Shown here: positions 50,437 through 59,878 of the stretch, in pieces
Position numbering within the stretch: position 1 is the first letter of the stretch
How the letters are laid out: each line of letters starts with the position of its first letter
Source of the DNA: Escherichia coli
GTDB taxonomy: Bacteria > Pseudomonadota > Gammaproteobacteria > Enterobacterales > Enterobacteriaceae
Assembly: GCA_025336685.1 (NCBI GenBank)
Contig: GCA_025336685.1_4717.1
DNA: 64,000 nucleotides
Reading direction: 5' to 3' (one strand)
Translations under genes and position numbers: made by a program
Notes under the pieces: generated by a model
What the model saw: only the letters and a program-made list of their open reading frames with translations
Told to the model about the DNA's origin: nothing
Database searches by the model: none

Positions 50437-50491
50437 TCTTTTCGATTCCTATTAAAAGTGACCGATTTCTGTGGTCAGGATTGCTAATACA

Positions 50492-50953
50492 TTAAATCCG
50501 GTTTTGTTTCCGTATTGCACGGTTACGTTTACGTTCTTGGTCTTTGACAGTACCAAGAAACTTCCTTAATTCTGACGGTTGGAGCGTACCCTCACGTACC
50601 ACGCCGTTTTGTTCGATATGGTAAGACCAATAACCAACTTCAGCTGTTAAAGATAACGTTGTTGGTTGCACGTCGGGCAGCGATCGAGGTGAGAAAATAA
50701 AGAGTAATTCAAAAGGCGTTTCTCGGCTGATGGTGGGACGGATACTAACGTCAAGCCCCTCCCATCGCTGCGGCTTAAATATTCCTCCAGCGGCGACGAT
50801 TGTCTCCGAGCGTTGGTCTACAAGCTCAGCTAATTCACGATCGTCATTGAAATAAATATCGTGAAGGATATCTGTGTCGATAAAAAACCCGCGATCGGAA
50901 TCGTGACGAACAATTGAATTCTTCATTCTAACGCCTTTGTTGTTTGTTTTCAT
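50492..50953 (-). CDS. hypothetical protein (153 aa)
   Basis: ORF, no motif. Confidence 0.4.
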   Translation of the reverse strand: MKTNNKGVRMKNSIVRHDSDRGFFIDTDILHDIYFNDDRELAELVDQRSETIVAAGGIFKPQRWEGLDVSIRPTISRETPFELLFIFSPRSLPDVQPTTLSLTAEVGYWSYHIEQNGVVREGTLQPSELRKFLGTVKDQERKRNRAIRKQNRI

Positions 50954-51000
50954 GTCCTATACGAACACGAAAAACCGTTAATTTTTACCTTGGTTGCGTG

Positions 51001-51288
51001 TTAAAATTCCACACCGCGACCGGTCATCGACGAAGGAACCGTGCGATAATAGAAGTAGATGTAATGGTCGCGATGGCTAAAATAGTTTTTGCAAGCATAG
51101 AACTCTCCAGATCCAATGAATGATTTAATACGTGTGACTTGAGGGTGTCGTTCGATTAGCGCTCGTAGGACGATTTCCATTTGGTGTGCGCTCAAGCCTG
51201 GTCGAGCTGCGACATGATAATGAAGCTCCTTAAGAAATCGTTTCCAGGGTTCGGGTTGTGTCGACGATCGAGACATCGTTATCTCCAT
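51001..51288 (-). CDS. hypothetical protein (95 aa)
   Basis: ORF, no motif. Confidence 0.4.
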   Translation of the reverse strand: MEITMSRSSTQPEPWKRFLKELHYHVAARPGLSAHQMEIVLRALIERHPQVTRIKSFIGSGEFYACKNYFSHRDHYIYFYYRTVPSSMTGRGVEF

Positions 51289-51314
51289 AGCAGGTACCGG
51301 TAACGCGGCATAAA

Positions 51315-51332
51315 CCCTCCCCGAAGGGAGGG
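51315..51332 (-). terminator. intrinsic terminator hairpin
   Basis: CCCTCCC-CGAA-GGGAGGG followed on the minus strand by UUUAUGCCG. Confidence 0.6.
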
Positions 51333-51342
51333 CGGTTAATGA

Positions 51343-51900
51343 TTACTCCATCCATACTTCTTCGTCGTAATGATTTTCTATCGCATTACGCCAAAAACGT
51401 ACGGTGTCCAAACTAATCGGTGCGTAAAAGTGTTGGTCAACGCCTACATTAAGTCCGTTGGCCTTCGCTAACATACAGCGATGAATGTGCCCGAATAGAT
51501 TGAAGTAGCCTGGGTTTCTTTCGCTGGGCTTATGGCATAGCCAGTAGGATTCGTCATTGCTAATCGGCAATACCAGCGGATGTTCATAAACAGCAGCAAA
51601 CCCCATACCGAGCAGTTTATCACGCCACGCGTCGAAGCTTAATCCTGTCGCTTTGTATGCGTCTTCGTCCCAATTCCCCATTACCAATTGAACCTGGATA
51701 TCAGAACGAATGGCTTCCACGAACTCGAACTTACCCCAATCACCTAAATGCCACAACACACTGTTCTTTGGAAGATTGTTGATGGCTTTCAGCATATGCT
51801 GGTTCATATCGGCGACGCTTGCGAACGGACGGCGTGAATACGTCCATGTACGCTCGCTATCAAAATGGGTATCCGATATAAAGAAGATGGGTGAGGTCAT
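51343..51900 (-). CDS. calcineurin-like metallophosphoesterase
   Basis: Signature motifs ISDTHFD, GDWG, GNWD and GHIH in canonical order. Confidence 0.7.
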   Translation of the reverse strand: MTSPIFFISDTHFDSERTWTYSRRPFASVADMNQHMLKAINNLPKNSVLWHLGDWGKFEFVEAIRSDIQVQLVMGNWDEDAYKATGLSFDAWRDKLLGMGFAAVYEHPLVLPISNDESYWLCHKPSERNPGYFNLFGHIHRCMLAKANGLNVGVDQHFYAPISLDTVRFWRNAIENHYDEEVWME

Positions 51901-52379
51901 CGATTTAATTGCTCCAGAAATGCACGACCCGATTTACTTGCTTTTAAATGTTGTTCTGCGGAAGTAAGCAGAAGATCGGTTGGTGTGAATGCAGCGCTAC
52001 CTTTCCACGCCGTTTTCAGTTTACCCTTTTCGATACTGAACTGAATCAGTTGTTGGGTACCGAAGTTAAGCGTGTTCGTTGCGGCGCTAAATACACCACC
52101 CATCATGCTGTAACCAAAGACTTTCACATTTTCCGTGTAGAAGTCATTGTCGATCAATTTGTTCTGGAGCTCGAGTTGGTCGGACGGCAGTAATCCCCCA
52201 TCAAAGACACTTAAAATACCAGCCAGGCGATACATACTCACCTTCCCTGCAACGCCCACCACGTAATTGCCATACACGGTTTCTTCCAGTTTAGCAACAA
52301 CGGTGCGATCGTCGGAGGTTTTCATCGAAACCTCAATACCATCACCAACTTCTGTCAACGTTAAATCAACGATACTCAT
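51897..52379 (-). CDS. hypothetical protein (160 aa)
   Basis: ORF between the phosphoesterase and HD genes. Confidence 0.4.
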   Translation of the reverse strand: MSIVDLTLTEVGDGIEVSMKTSDDRTVVAKLEETVYGNYVVGVAGKVSMYRLAGILSVFDGGLLPSDQLELQNKLIDNDFYTENVKVFGYSMMGGVFSAATNTLNFGTQQLIQFSIEKGKLKTAWKGSAAFTPTDLLLTSAEQHLKASKSGRAFLEQLNR

Positions 52380-52401
52380 TCATTATTCTCCGCTTTCATG
52401 T

Positions 52402-53088
52402 TTAACACATGATTTCACCATGTTTCTTTTCAACATACGTATAAACGTCATCCAAATAAGCAATGAGTTTATCCCGATTTGCACAAAGCGATTTAATCGC
52501 CGCAATCTCTTTCATATAAAGCTGCTGACCTAACGCCGGATAAGTAATCCAAGCATAGCCGTCAGGCGCAAATTTAGAAATAAGATAATCGGCGGTTTCC
52601 TGTAATGCGAACTCTTTACTCATCTGACCGTAACGATGTTCGATTGCACGGATACCAAAACGTTCACTATCCAGACGACCCATATCCGCCAAACGAAGCA
52701 CCTGAGAAGCAACCGAGCTACGTGGACCGGAGTATGAGGCACGGTGTTCAGCAATAAGTACACGTATCTCCTCGATGTCTTCTGGTGTGAAAATATGTTG
52801 CTCGTTACGAAGCAGGATAACCGCTGCACGAATACCCCCGATGAGGTGGTGGTATGTTCTGTTTTCATGGCATGCAATATCGTGCATAAAAGCGGCAGTT
52901 AATAGACGACGACGTTCCGTGGGTCTGATGATGCCAACCACATCGGCAAGCTCATTTGCCAGTTCAACAACAGCAAGCACATGTTCTTCTTGATGGGCAA
53001 GATCGTTCTTCTGAATATTTTCAATTACTTCAGCGCGAGTTTCCTGAGATAAGAAATTTAAACAATCCAACGAATATAAAGATTTCAT
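52402..53088 (-). CDS. HD-domain phosphohydrolase
   Basis: HQEEHVLAV...AAFMHDIACH gives the H...HD metal-binding signature. Confidence 0.6.
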   Translation of the reverse strand: MKSLYSLDCLNFLSQETRAEVIENIQKNDLAHQEEHVLAVVELANELADVVGIIRPTERRRLLTAAFMHDIACHENRTYHHLIGGIRAAVILLRNEQHIFTPEDIEEIRVLIAEHRASYSGPRSSVASQVLRLADMGRLDSERFGIRAIEHRYGQMSKEFALQETADYLISKFAPDGYAWITYPALGQQLYMKEIAAIKSLCANRDKLIAYLDDVYTYVEKKHGEIMC

Positions 53089-53144
53089 CGCACGTACCTC
53101 TTTGAATCGGTAGATAGATTAATAGATATTGATTACTCACGTAA

Positions 53145-53161
53145 GTAATATAGCCGTGAAA
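53145..53161. promoter_or_regulatory. conserved 17-mer GTAATATAGCCGTGAAA, copy 2, in the divergent intergenic region
   Basis: Identical to 22999-23015; overlapped by a 6-bp hairpin ATTACT-CACGTA-AGTAAT; ACTCACGT octamer at 53135-53142. Confidence 0.35.
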
Positions 53162-53240
53162 GGATTTGTGTTGGTCCGTTTCGATGCCCATCGTATTTTA
53201 TGGATTGTCGAATGACGTCATTTTAAGGGACATCCCCGAC

Positions 53241-53276
53241 CTCCTCCCCACACCTTTCCAGGGGAGGAGTTTTATC
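53241..53276 (+). terminator. plus-strand terminator-like hairpin in the leader of the SNF2 gene (attenuator or small-RNA terminator)
   Basis: CTCCTCCCC/GGGGAGGAG 9-bp stem, 11-nt loop, followed by TTTTATC; sits 30 nt upstream of the SNF2 start. Confidence 0.45.
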
Positions 53277-53304
53277 ATACTTTTCTATTAATTCGAGCGC
53301 GATT

Positions 53305-55386
53305 ATGTTGGATAGAATCAATCGTTTAATGAACCGAATGACGGTTAAAAATCAGAGTAACAATACCGTGCATATCGGGGGTATCGATGCGTGGCGTCTT
53401 TCAGATGACATTCAGCGAATATGGGGTACCTCCCGATTTATGAAGCACATGTTTCGTAATTTTTCTTCTAGTGGGCTCAGTCTCCACAACTTTTACCTCC
53501 CCGATTTCGTTTATATTCTCGAAACGATCATCGAGGCAAAGAATACCCGTAGCAACAAACGCATGCTGAAACACCTTATCGAGATACTACTACAGGAAAC
53601 ATGGTTGCAAAATACCACCATCGAGCAGCCCGCAATCCTCGATAAAGCACGCATGAACAAAATGCTAACGCTCTCTCTGTTCGATTATCAAGATGAGTTC
53701 ATCGACATCTATAACCGTAACGTACCTAAATACCGACTGAAAGGATACGTGTGTGCGATGGGTGCAGGTGCCGGTAAAACGATCACAGCGCTGGCATTAA
53801 GCGCCGCAATGAACGTCGATGTATTTGTGGTCTGCTGTCCTAAGAACACCATGCGTTCAGCATGGCAATCCGATGTAAACAAAGCCATCGTTGATCCTGC
53901 AACAGAAACCGCGTTCTGGTCAGACACAATGCCACCATCACAGCTGCAGAAAAGCGATAAGTACTATTTTCTACATTACGAATCGATGGGCTTATTAAAC
54001 GATGTGATGATCAAGCATAAACGCACAGCGAAGCGCGTTCTTATTGTTGTTGACGAAAGCCATAACTTCAACGACAAGAACAGCCAACGTTCCCAGCGAC
54101 TGGTTGATCTTGTACAGACAATGCGTCAGACCATGAATGCGGATGTGCACGTCTTGTTTATGTCAGGTACCCCTGTTAAACAGATGGGTTCTGAGATGAT
54201 CCCATGTTTAGGTTGTATCGATCCGATGTTCCAAGGACAGGTGGTCGATAGCTTCAAAGCAATTTACGGTTTAACCAGCAGCCGTGCTAACGATATCCTC
54301 AGACATCGTCTTGGGTTCATGATGCATGTCGTACCTAAAGAGGCTTACCGTAAAACCCGTCCGGAAGTTCAGGATGTTTACGTGAAGCTTCCTAATGGTA
54401 GCGATTATACCATCTCGAGCATTCGTGACGACATGGCGATATTTGTACGCGATCGGGCGAAGTATTACAAGGATAACTGGGGACATTACCGAAAGATTTT
54501 TGATGATGCCTTGGACTACTATCGTAAGACTATTCGTACCGACGGAGAACGTAAAGAGCTATCTCGATACGAATCGATTGTTGCGCGTTTCCAGAAAGGT
54601 TACGATCCCGTCAGAGACAAAGACGATGCGATGTTCTGCAGCGCGTTTGAAAAACGTTCCATCATGCCAGTTCTTCCTTCTGATTTAAGGGTTGCTTTCA
54701 AAGACGCCAAGAGCGTCATCAAGTACGTTGGGTTGAAAATTCAGGGTGAAGCATTGGCCCGTGTTCTGGGCGCAGCGCGCATTCGGTGTCATGTCGACAT
54801 GGTGGAATACATCGACTTCGAAGGGTACATCAATAACGCCGAAGCCAAAGTGTTGATCTTCACGTCGTACGTTCAGGTGGTTGAACGCGTCGATAACATG
54901 CTTCGTGATGCGGGCTTCTTACCGGAACCCATTTACGGGAAGACCAACAAAAACATCAACCAAATACTTGCCCGTCTACGCGACGATCCTGACAGCGGTC
55001 CCGCTATCGCAACCTTTGATAGCTTAGCTGAAGGGGTTCCGATGCTGATGTGTAATGTGGGTCTCTTCTTGAACAACCCGTGGCGTTCATCCGATGAAAT
55101 CCAAGCCATCAGCCGTCTCGACCGTGTAGGGCAAACGCAACCTGTTCGGATTTATCGTTTCATGTTAGATACGGGAAGCGAGGGTAACGTTTCTACCCGT
55201 AGTCACGAAATCATGGAGTTAAGTCGACAGCTTGTTGAAGAAATCACGGGCGTCAAATATGTAGTGAACAAGCAAGATGATGTTAACTTGCAAGAAACGT
55301 TGGCGATGGAAGGATACGATCAATACGTTACCGTAAACGCCACGGAATACGATATTAAACCACGACCTGCGTTCTTGGAATGGTAA
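53305..55386 (+). CDS. SNF2-family (SF2) helicase/ATPase
   Basis: DYQDEF motif, Walker A GAGAGKT, Walker B VVDESHNF, SGTP motif III, C-terminal helicase domain. Confidence 0.8.
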   Translation: MLDRINRLMNRMTVKNQSNNTVHIGGIDAWRLSDDIQRIWGTSRFMKHMFRNFSSSGLSLHNFYLPDFVYILETIIEAKNTRSNKRMLKHLIEILLQETWLQNTTIEQPAILDKARMNKMLTLSLFDYQDEFIDIYNRNVPKYRLKGYVCAMGAGAGKTITALALSAAMNVDVFVVCCPKNTMRSAWQSDVNKAIVDPATETAFWSDTMPPSQLQKSDKYYFLHYESMGLLNDVMIKHKRTAKRVLIVVDESHNFNDKNSQRSQRLVDLVQTMRQTMNADVHVLFMSGTPVKQMGSEMIPCLGCIDPMFQGQVVDSFKAIYGLTSSRANDILRHRLGFMMHVVPKEAYRKTRPEVQDVYVKLPNGSDYTISSIRDDMAIFVRDRAKYYKDNWGHYRKIFDDALDYYRKTIRTDGERKELSRYESIVARFQKGYDPVRDKDDAMFCSAFEKRSIMPVLPSDLRVAFKDAKSVIKYVGLKIQGEALARVLGAARIRCHVDMVEYIDFEGYINNAEAKVLIFTSYVQVVERVDNMLRDAGFLPEPIYGKTNKNINQILARLRDDPDSGPAIATFDSLAEGVPMLMCNVGLFLNNPWRSSDEIQAISRLDRVGQTQPVRIYRFMLDTGSEGNVSTRSHEIMELSRQLVEEITGVKYVVNKQDDVNLQETLAMEGYDQYVTVNATEYDIKPRPAFLEW

Positions 55387-55391
55387 TTAAG

Positions 55392-55419
55392 AAGCTCTGT
55401 CTGATGTCAGACAGAGCTT
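55392..55419 (+). terminator. intrinsic terminator hairpin (13-bp stem)
   Basis: AAGCTCTGTCTGA/TCAGACAGAGCTT perfect stem after the SNF2 stop, followed by TATGCCGTGTTTGTT. Confidence 0.65.
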
Positions 55420-55485
55420 TATGCCGTGTTTGTTACAAAATCGTATGGCGTATATGCGTTGTACTTATTAAATAGGACAGAATAC

Positions 55486-56937
55486 ATGAAACTCAAACAA
55501 AGCTGGAAAGACGAACTTCTTGCGTTAGTAAATAGCAAAAACAGTTTACAGCTGACATTAGCCGACGTAAAATTTGAACTAACTGAACCGGTAAGCGAAG
55601 TGCCCGGAACGGTTACTGTTACGATCAAACCGAACGATGATAGCCGTTACTTTAACGAGCAGTCTCTGACCTACATCCGTCGAGACATCGCTAAAAACTT
55701 CACCGGGATCCCGTTACGGGTTATCGTTAAAAATGATACTGCCGTAAAGGATATCATCAACACGATCGCTGAACGTTACGGATTGGTATTTGACACAACC
55801 GTCGACTTCCTCGAATCCGAGCTGAATAAACAAATTACGTTCGCAGACACCGGTATTAAAGACATCACGGTTCCGGTTGCAAACACGTCTTATGTTTGGG
55901 CTGGTAATCTTCAGTTCAACATTGCTAACGATACGTTAAGCTTGATTACGATCATCAAGCAAACCGATCTTACGAATCTGGTTTATCTGGATGGTGTTGA
56001 AGCTGATACAACGGGATCGTTACTATTAGCAACGACCTCGGTTATCGACGAAAACGGAAATACCGAAACAACTGAAGGTGTCCTTGACGCAGCGCACTTC
56101 CAGAATGTCCTGAACGTCATGGTTCGTTATGGTGATATTACCAACGAACAAATGCAACAAGCAATGCAGACAATTAACCAAAGCGAAGACGTTCGTAGAG
56201 TAGAGGTGAGATCATACGGTGACGCCGAATTACTGGTAACCACCAAGAAAGATTGGGCTATCGGCAGCCTTAAGGGTGCTATGGTTGTTGGACGCGCTTC
56301 ACCTAAACCGATCCAATACGTTCTTAAAACAAAAGGCGGCAGCATTATATTATCATTAGATGGTTGGACAAATGTTTCCATCGATTGGGGTGATGGGAAT
56401 AAGACGACGGAGGACTCAGTCGATAATGAATATCGGCACACCTATGCGGACACTACAGAACGTACGATCGTCGCTACGGGTACCCCTACCAACGTTGAAG
56501 ATACAGAGGTACAGCAAAGCTTCACCGGTGGTAACATCACTGAAATCGTTGACTGGAACAACGGATTACCTAAGGCCCCATCATTACCTGCGGCGAACAG
56601 TTTAACTAAGGTTCCTAATTATATCCCGGCATACTGGACATCGTTAGAAGGTATGTTTACACGATGCAGCGTTATTAACGACGTGAACATCACCAAATGG
56701 AACACCCGCAACATTACTTCAATGAAGGACCTCTTCTACGGTTGCGCTGCGTTCAACCAACCGATCGGTTCGTGGGATGTTTCGTCTGTTAAGAATATCG
56801 ACAATATGTTGTCTGGATGCTTCGCGTTCAATCAGGATCTGAGTGGTTGGACATTCCCGGCAGGCACTTCACACATCAACTACGACGGCATGACCGCCGT
56901 GTGGAGTACTGAACACAAACCACACTTCGCTGAGTAA
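55486..56937 (+). CDS. receptor-binding-like protein: anchor domain fused to DUF285/BspA-like repeats, encoded outside the tail module
   Basis: N-terminal anchor paralog (YIRRDIAKNFTGIPLRVI); C-terminal WNTRNITSMKDLFYGC / WDVSSVKNIDNMLSGC repeats; start MKLKQSWKDEL with AGGA SD. Confidence 0.6.
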   Translation: MKLKQSWKDELLALVNSKNSLQLTLADVKFELTEPVSEVPGTVTVTIKPNDDSRYFNEQSLTYIRRDIAKNFTGIPLRVIVKNDTAVKDIINTIAERYGLVFDTTVDFLESELNKQITFADTGIKDITVPVANTSYVWAGNLQFNIANDTLSLITIIKQTDLTNLVYLDGVEADTTGSLLLATTSVIDENGNTETTEGVLDAAHFQNVLNVMVRYGDITNEQMQQAMQTINQSEDVRRVEVRSYGDAELLVTTKKDWAIGSLKGAMVVGRASPKPIQYVLKTKGGSIILSLDGWTNVSIDWGDGNKTTEDSVDNEYRHTYADTTERTIVATGTPTNVEDTEVQQSFTGGNITEIVDWNNGLPKAPSLPAANSLTKVPNYIPAYWTSLEGMFTRCSVINDVNITKWNTRNITSMKDLFYGCAAFNQPIGSWDVSSVKNIDNMLSGCFAFNQDLSGWTFPAGTSHINYDGMTAVWSTEHKPHFAE

Positions 56938-56956
56938 AAAAAAATAGTTAGCATAT

Positions 56957-56989
56957 CTTCCTCCCTACCCATAACGGGCGGGGAGGAAG
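56957..56989. terminator. bidirectional terminator between convergent genes
   Basis: CTTCCTCCC/GGGAGGAAG stem with 15-nt loop; A9 run on one side and TTTATG on the other gives a U-tract on both strands. Confidence 0.65.
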
Positions 56990-57006
56990 GTTTATGTGGC
57001 TATGAC

Positions 57007-57345
57007 TTAGAACCAGAGTTCTTTCATGAGGTAGGCTTCCATATCGTAGATAAGCCACTCGTCAGGAATTTCTAAAGGATCGTCTTCGGTTAAGGTCAGC
57101 ATGTGCAGGGCGAACGCACGCTTAATATCGTTCAGCAGTTTCTCGTCGTCGTAACCTTCGGGTAGTTTACGGTCTACCAGTTGGGTTTGTTTATAGACAG
57201 CACAGAACGCTTCAGGGCTATGTTTGTCCATCGGAAATTGTTCGGCGGCCTGGACCATCGTCAACGTCCAGCTTACAACATTGTAACGCTCACCGTTAAT
57301 TTCACTGAACTGATCATCGATTAAACAGATTTGTTGTACGTTCAT
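57007..57345 (-). CDS. hypothetical acidic protein (112 aa)
   Basis: ORF, D/E-rich. Confidence 0.4.
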   Translation of the reverse strand: MNVQQICLIDDQFSEINGERYNVVSWTLTMVQAAEQFPMDKHSPEAFCAVYKQTQLVDRKLPEGYDDEKLLNDIKRAFALHMLTLTEDDPLEIPDEWLIYDMEAYLMKELWF

Positions 57346-58235
57346 TCATTTTCTCCATTCTTATCTTGGTCGCAATCGCACTCTTCGACGTCTTTCTTAC
57401 TTAAACGTAAGACACCAAGTGCGGCATGCTTGAGTTCTTGCAACGCGCTTTTCAGCTGACCTTCTTCATCGAAATCAAAATACTTCTCGTTGTAGCTTAA
57501 TGCTGGAATCATATTTACGAGAGGCTCGATGGCAGGCATCAACATTTCAATAACAACCTTAGGATCAACAAAGCGTTCAAACCCTTCAGGAAGTTTGCTT
57601 ACCACAACTTTATCGTTCTTGATGAAGAATTTGTTCTTGAACAAATCGTCAAGAATAGCGTTCTCTTCATCCGTACGTTTTGCGTGAGGACGATCGATCA
57701 TCTGCACAAACACATCACTCAACGCTTCAGGCAAGGTCGGATTTTCACGAAGAGAAGTTCCAGCCGGAATTTCAATATCGATCTTTGCCCACTCAACAAC
57801 CTGGTGATCTCGTGTGTAGATAACATCGACTTCCCATGCCAGGCCGTCCGGACTTTCTACGGTGTAGCGTGTTTTCGCCTGACCTTCCGGAGCCATACGC
57901 TCGATAGCATCAAACATCTCGACTGGAATTTCGACTTCGCTTTCCGTTGCATCGCCTGGACCACGATACACCTTCGTGGTCATGATGTATTTCGGTTCTT
58001 CGTTATCGATCTGTATAGCTCGTGCTCGTACTTGACCTTTCACACCACCAACGGCCGTGTTATCAAACAACCATTGATGTTGCACCATATGTTCGATTTT
58101 TGATGCTACTTGACGAAGACGCTCAACACCATCCTCAGCCAGTTTACCAAAGAAGACCAGCTCACGTTCCTGCTGTGTCTCACCACTTAACATCATTAAA
58201 TTGGCGATTTGTTTCACGCCTCTTACTTTTGACAT
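57342..58235 (-). CDS. hypothetical protein (297 aa)
   Basis: ORF with GGAG SD, acidic. Confidence 0.45.
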   Translation of the reverse strand: MSKVRGVKQIANLMMLSGETQQERELVFFGKLAEDGVERLRQVASKIEHMVQHQWLFDNTAVGGVKGQVRARAIQIDNEEPKYIMTTKVYRGPGDATESEVEIPVEMFDAIERMAPEGQAKTRYTVESPDGLAWEVDVIYTRDHQVVEWAKIDIEIPAGTSLRENPTLPEALSDVFVQMIDRPHAKRTDEENAILDDLFKNKFFIKNDKVVVSKLPEGFERFVDPKVVIEMLMPAIEPLVNMIPALSYNEKYFDFDEEGQLKSALQELKHAALGVLRLSKKDVEECDCDQDKNGENE

Positions 58236-58250
58236 ATATGCTCCGGTTGT

Positions 58251-58272
58251 AAGGGCCTGCTTCGAGGCCCTT
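58251..58272 (-). other. intergenic hairpin
   Basis: AAGGGCCT-GCTTCG-AGGCCCTT 8-bp stem between the helicase and the next gene; no U-tract. Confidence 0.35.
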
Positions 58273-58303
58273 CATTGATTTTTGATTCCACCAAACGCTA
58301 TCG

Positions 58304-59878
58304 TTACAATTCAAAATCTTCATCGATAACGCGCTGGGTAAGCACTTTGTCGCTGAAGAACTCCACCTTGCGCTGATGGTATTTACGATGCGCTTCGATA
58401 GAAGTACATACCAGATACCAGAAGGTTGGCGTCATTCCTTCAAACTTCCCTTTCAGCTGACGCAGTCGCCCCAACACCTGAATGTTACCGGTTCGTGACC
58501 CCATCGCTAACGTCATGAACGCCATCACCAAGTCAGGAAGGTCGATGCCCGTACCTGCCGATTTCACCGTCGTAACGCTAATATCGTTATCCAACAAGAC
58601 CATGAAATCTTCTTCAGCCGTATAAGGACCGATCTCTAACTCAGGAATACGTTCACTGAGATAATGCGACAACGACTTACACATATCAACGGTTGCACAA
58701 TACACCAGCATCTTCATACCTTCCTGATACTGGTTCATGAAACCTTTGATGATAACCGTATAGATAAAGTTGAAATACGCGAGTTTGAGCTGCTTGTTCT
58801 TCATGATAGACTGTTCGAATATCGTGTGAGAATAAGAACCCCCAAACCCTTTGTATCTGACTTTATCTGTACTACGTAGTCGATACGTCACGGCATTTAC
58901 CGCAATGTATTTCTTGTATTCGCCTTTCGCATAACGGGCTTCTTTCGGATACATCAAATACAACATCCGCTCGATGAACGGATCATCGGACACCGCCGTT
59001 GCTGACAGATAGATGATTTCCGGAATACTAGCGTAACACTTGACCTTAAACAAGAAATGCAATGCTTCATGGCACTCGTCATGAATCAGAAGGCCTATGC
59101 CGGTCTTTTCCCAAAACTCAGCGGGATGAAAGGCATACGGCGCAACGCAGTTATTCTTCTCGTAGTCCGCAATATAACGTTGGAACATGTTCAAGGAGAA
59201 CAATGCGATTTTGAAGTCGAGTTCACCTTGTTCAACCAAGGTTTGAAACTCCAACATACTGTAACGAGGAATGTCGGGATGCGGTGGATCCTCCTTAGCG
59301 TTCCCGCGTATCTCGATAACGTCCCCTGGTTCCATCCCGAAGAAGTTCAGCAGTGAGCTTCGCCAACCTGGCATGTATCTCGGCGACAGAATGATACCCG
59401 TCCGTACACCGCGTCGGAAGGTAATCTCCTGCGACATGGCCGTTTTTCCCGACCCTGTTTGAGCGGTGTTTAGACTCATTCTGAAGGGGGTATCCTTACC
59501 CCCATTCATGTACTCCAACCATTCTTGCTGATCTTCACGCCATGGGAACTTCCATTTCTTTACGAACTCCACTTCTTTACCTGGTGCCGGATCGTGATAA
59601 ACGATTTCCAACCACTCTTTTCGTATCCCTCGGGAAAAGATAAAATCCAAAAACGATTTCAACTGTTCGCGGAGTAAGTATACCTCGCTATAATCGCTTC
59701 TCGCTGCGGCATACGTGTTTATGGTATCGGTAACCATTCTCCGTGTACGAGGGTCGCGCCGTTTCCTCAGATGCAAACAACGGTCTCGAAGGTAATGGCC
59801 GATAAGATGGGCAAATCGAAGTCCGTATCCGCTCAGCTTCATGCCATGCGAGAAGACGTCGATACGAGCTAACTTCAT
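58304..59878 (-). CDS. SF2 DExH-box helicase (524 aa)
   Basis: Walker A AQTGSGKT, Walker B LIHDECHE, motif III LSAT, C-terminal helicase domain. Confidence 0.7.
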   Translation of the reverse strand: MKLARIDVFSHGMKLSGYGLRFAHLIGHYLRDRCLHLRKRRDPRTRRMVTDTINTYAAARSDYSEVYLLREQLKSFLDFIFSRGIRKEWLEIVYHDPAPGKEVEFVKKWKFPWREDQQEWLEYMNGGKDTPFRMSLNTAQTGSGKTAMSQEITFRRGVRTGIILSPRYMPGWRSSLLNFFGMEPGDVIEIRGNAKEDPPHPDIPRYSMLEFQTLVEQGELDFKIALFSLNMFQRYIADYEKNNCVAPYAFHPAEFWEKTGIGLLIHDECHEALHFLFKVKCYASIPEIIYLSATAVSDDPFIERMLYLMYPKEARYAKGEYKKYIAVNAVTYRLRSTDKVRYKGFGGSYSHTIFEQSIMKNKQLKLAYFNFIYTVIIKGFMNQYQEGMKMLVYCATVDMCKSLSHYLSERIPELEIGPYTAEEDFMVLLDNDISVTTVKSAGTGIDLPDLVMAFMTLAMGSRTGNIQVLGRLRQLKGKFEGMTPTFWYLVCTSIEAHRKYHQRKVEFFSDKVLTQRVIDEDFEL

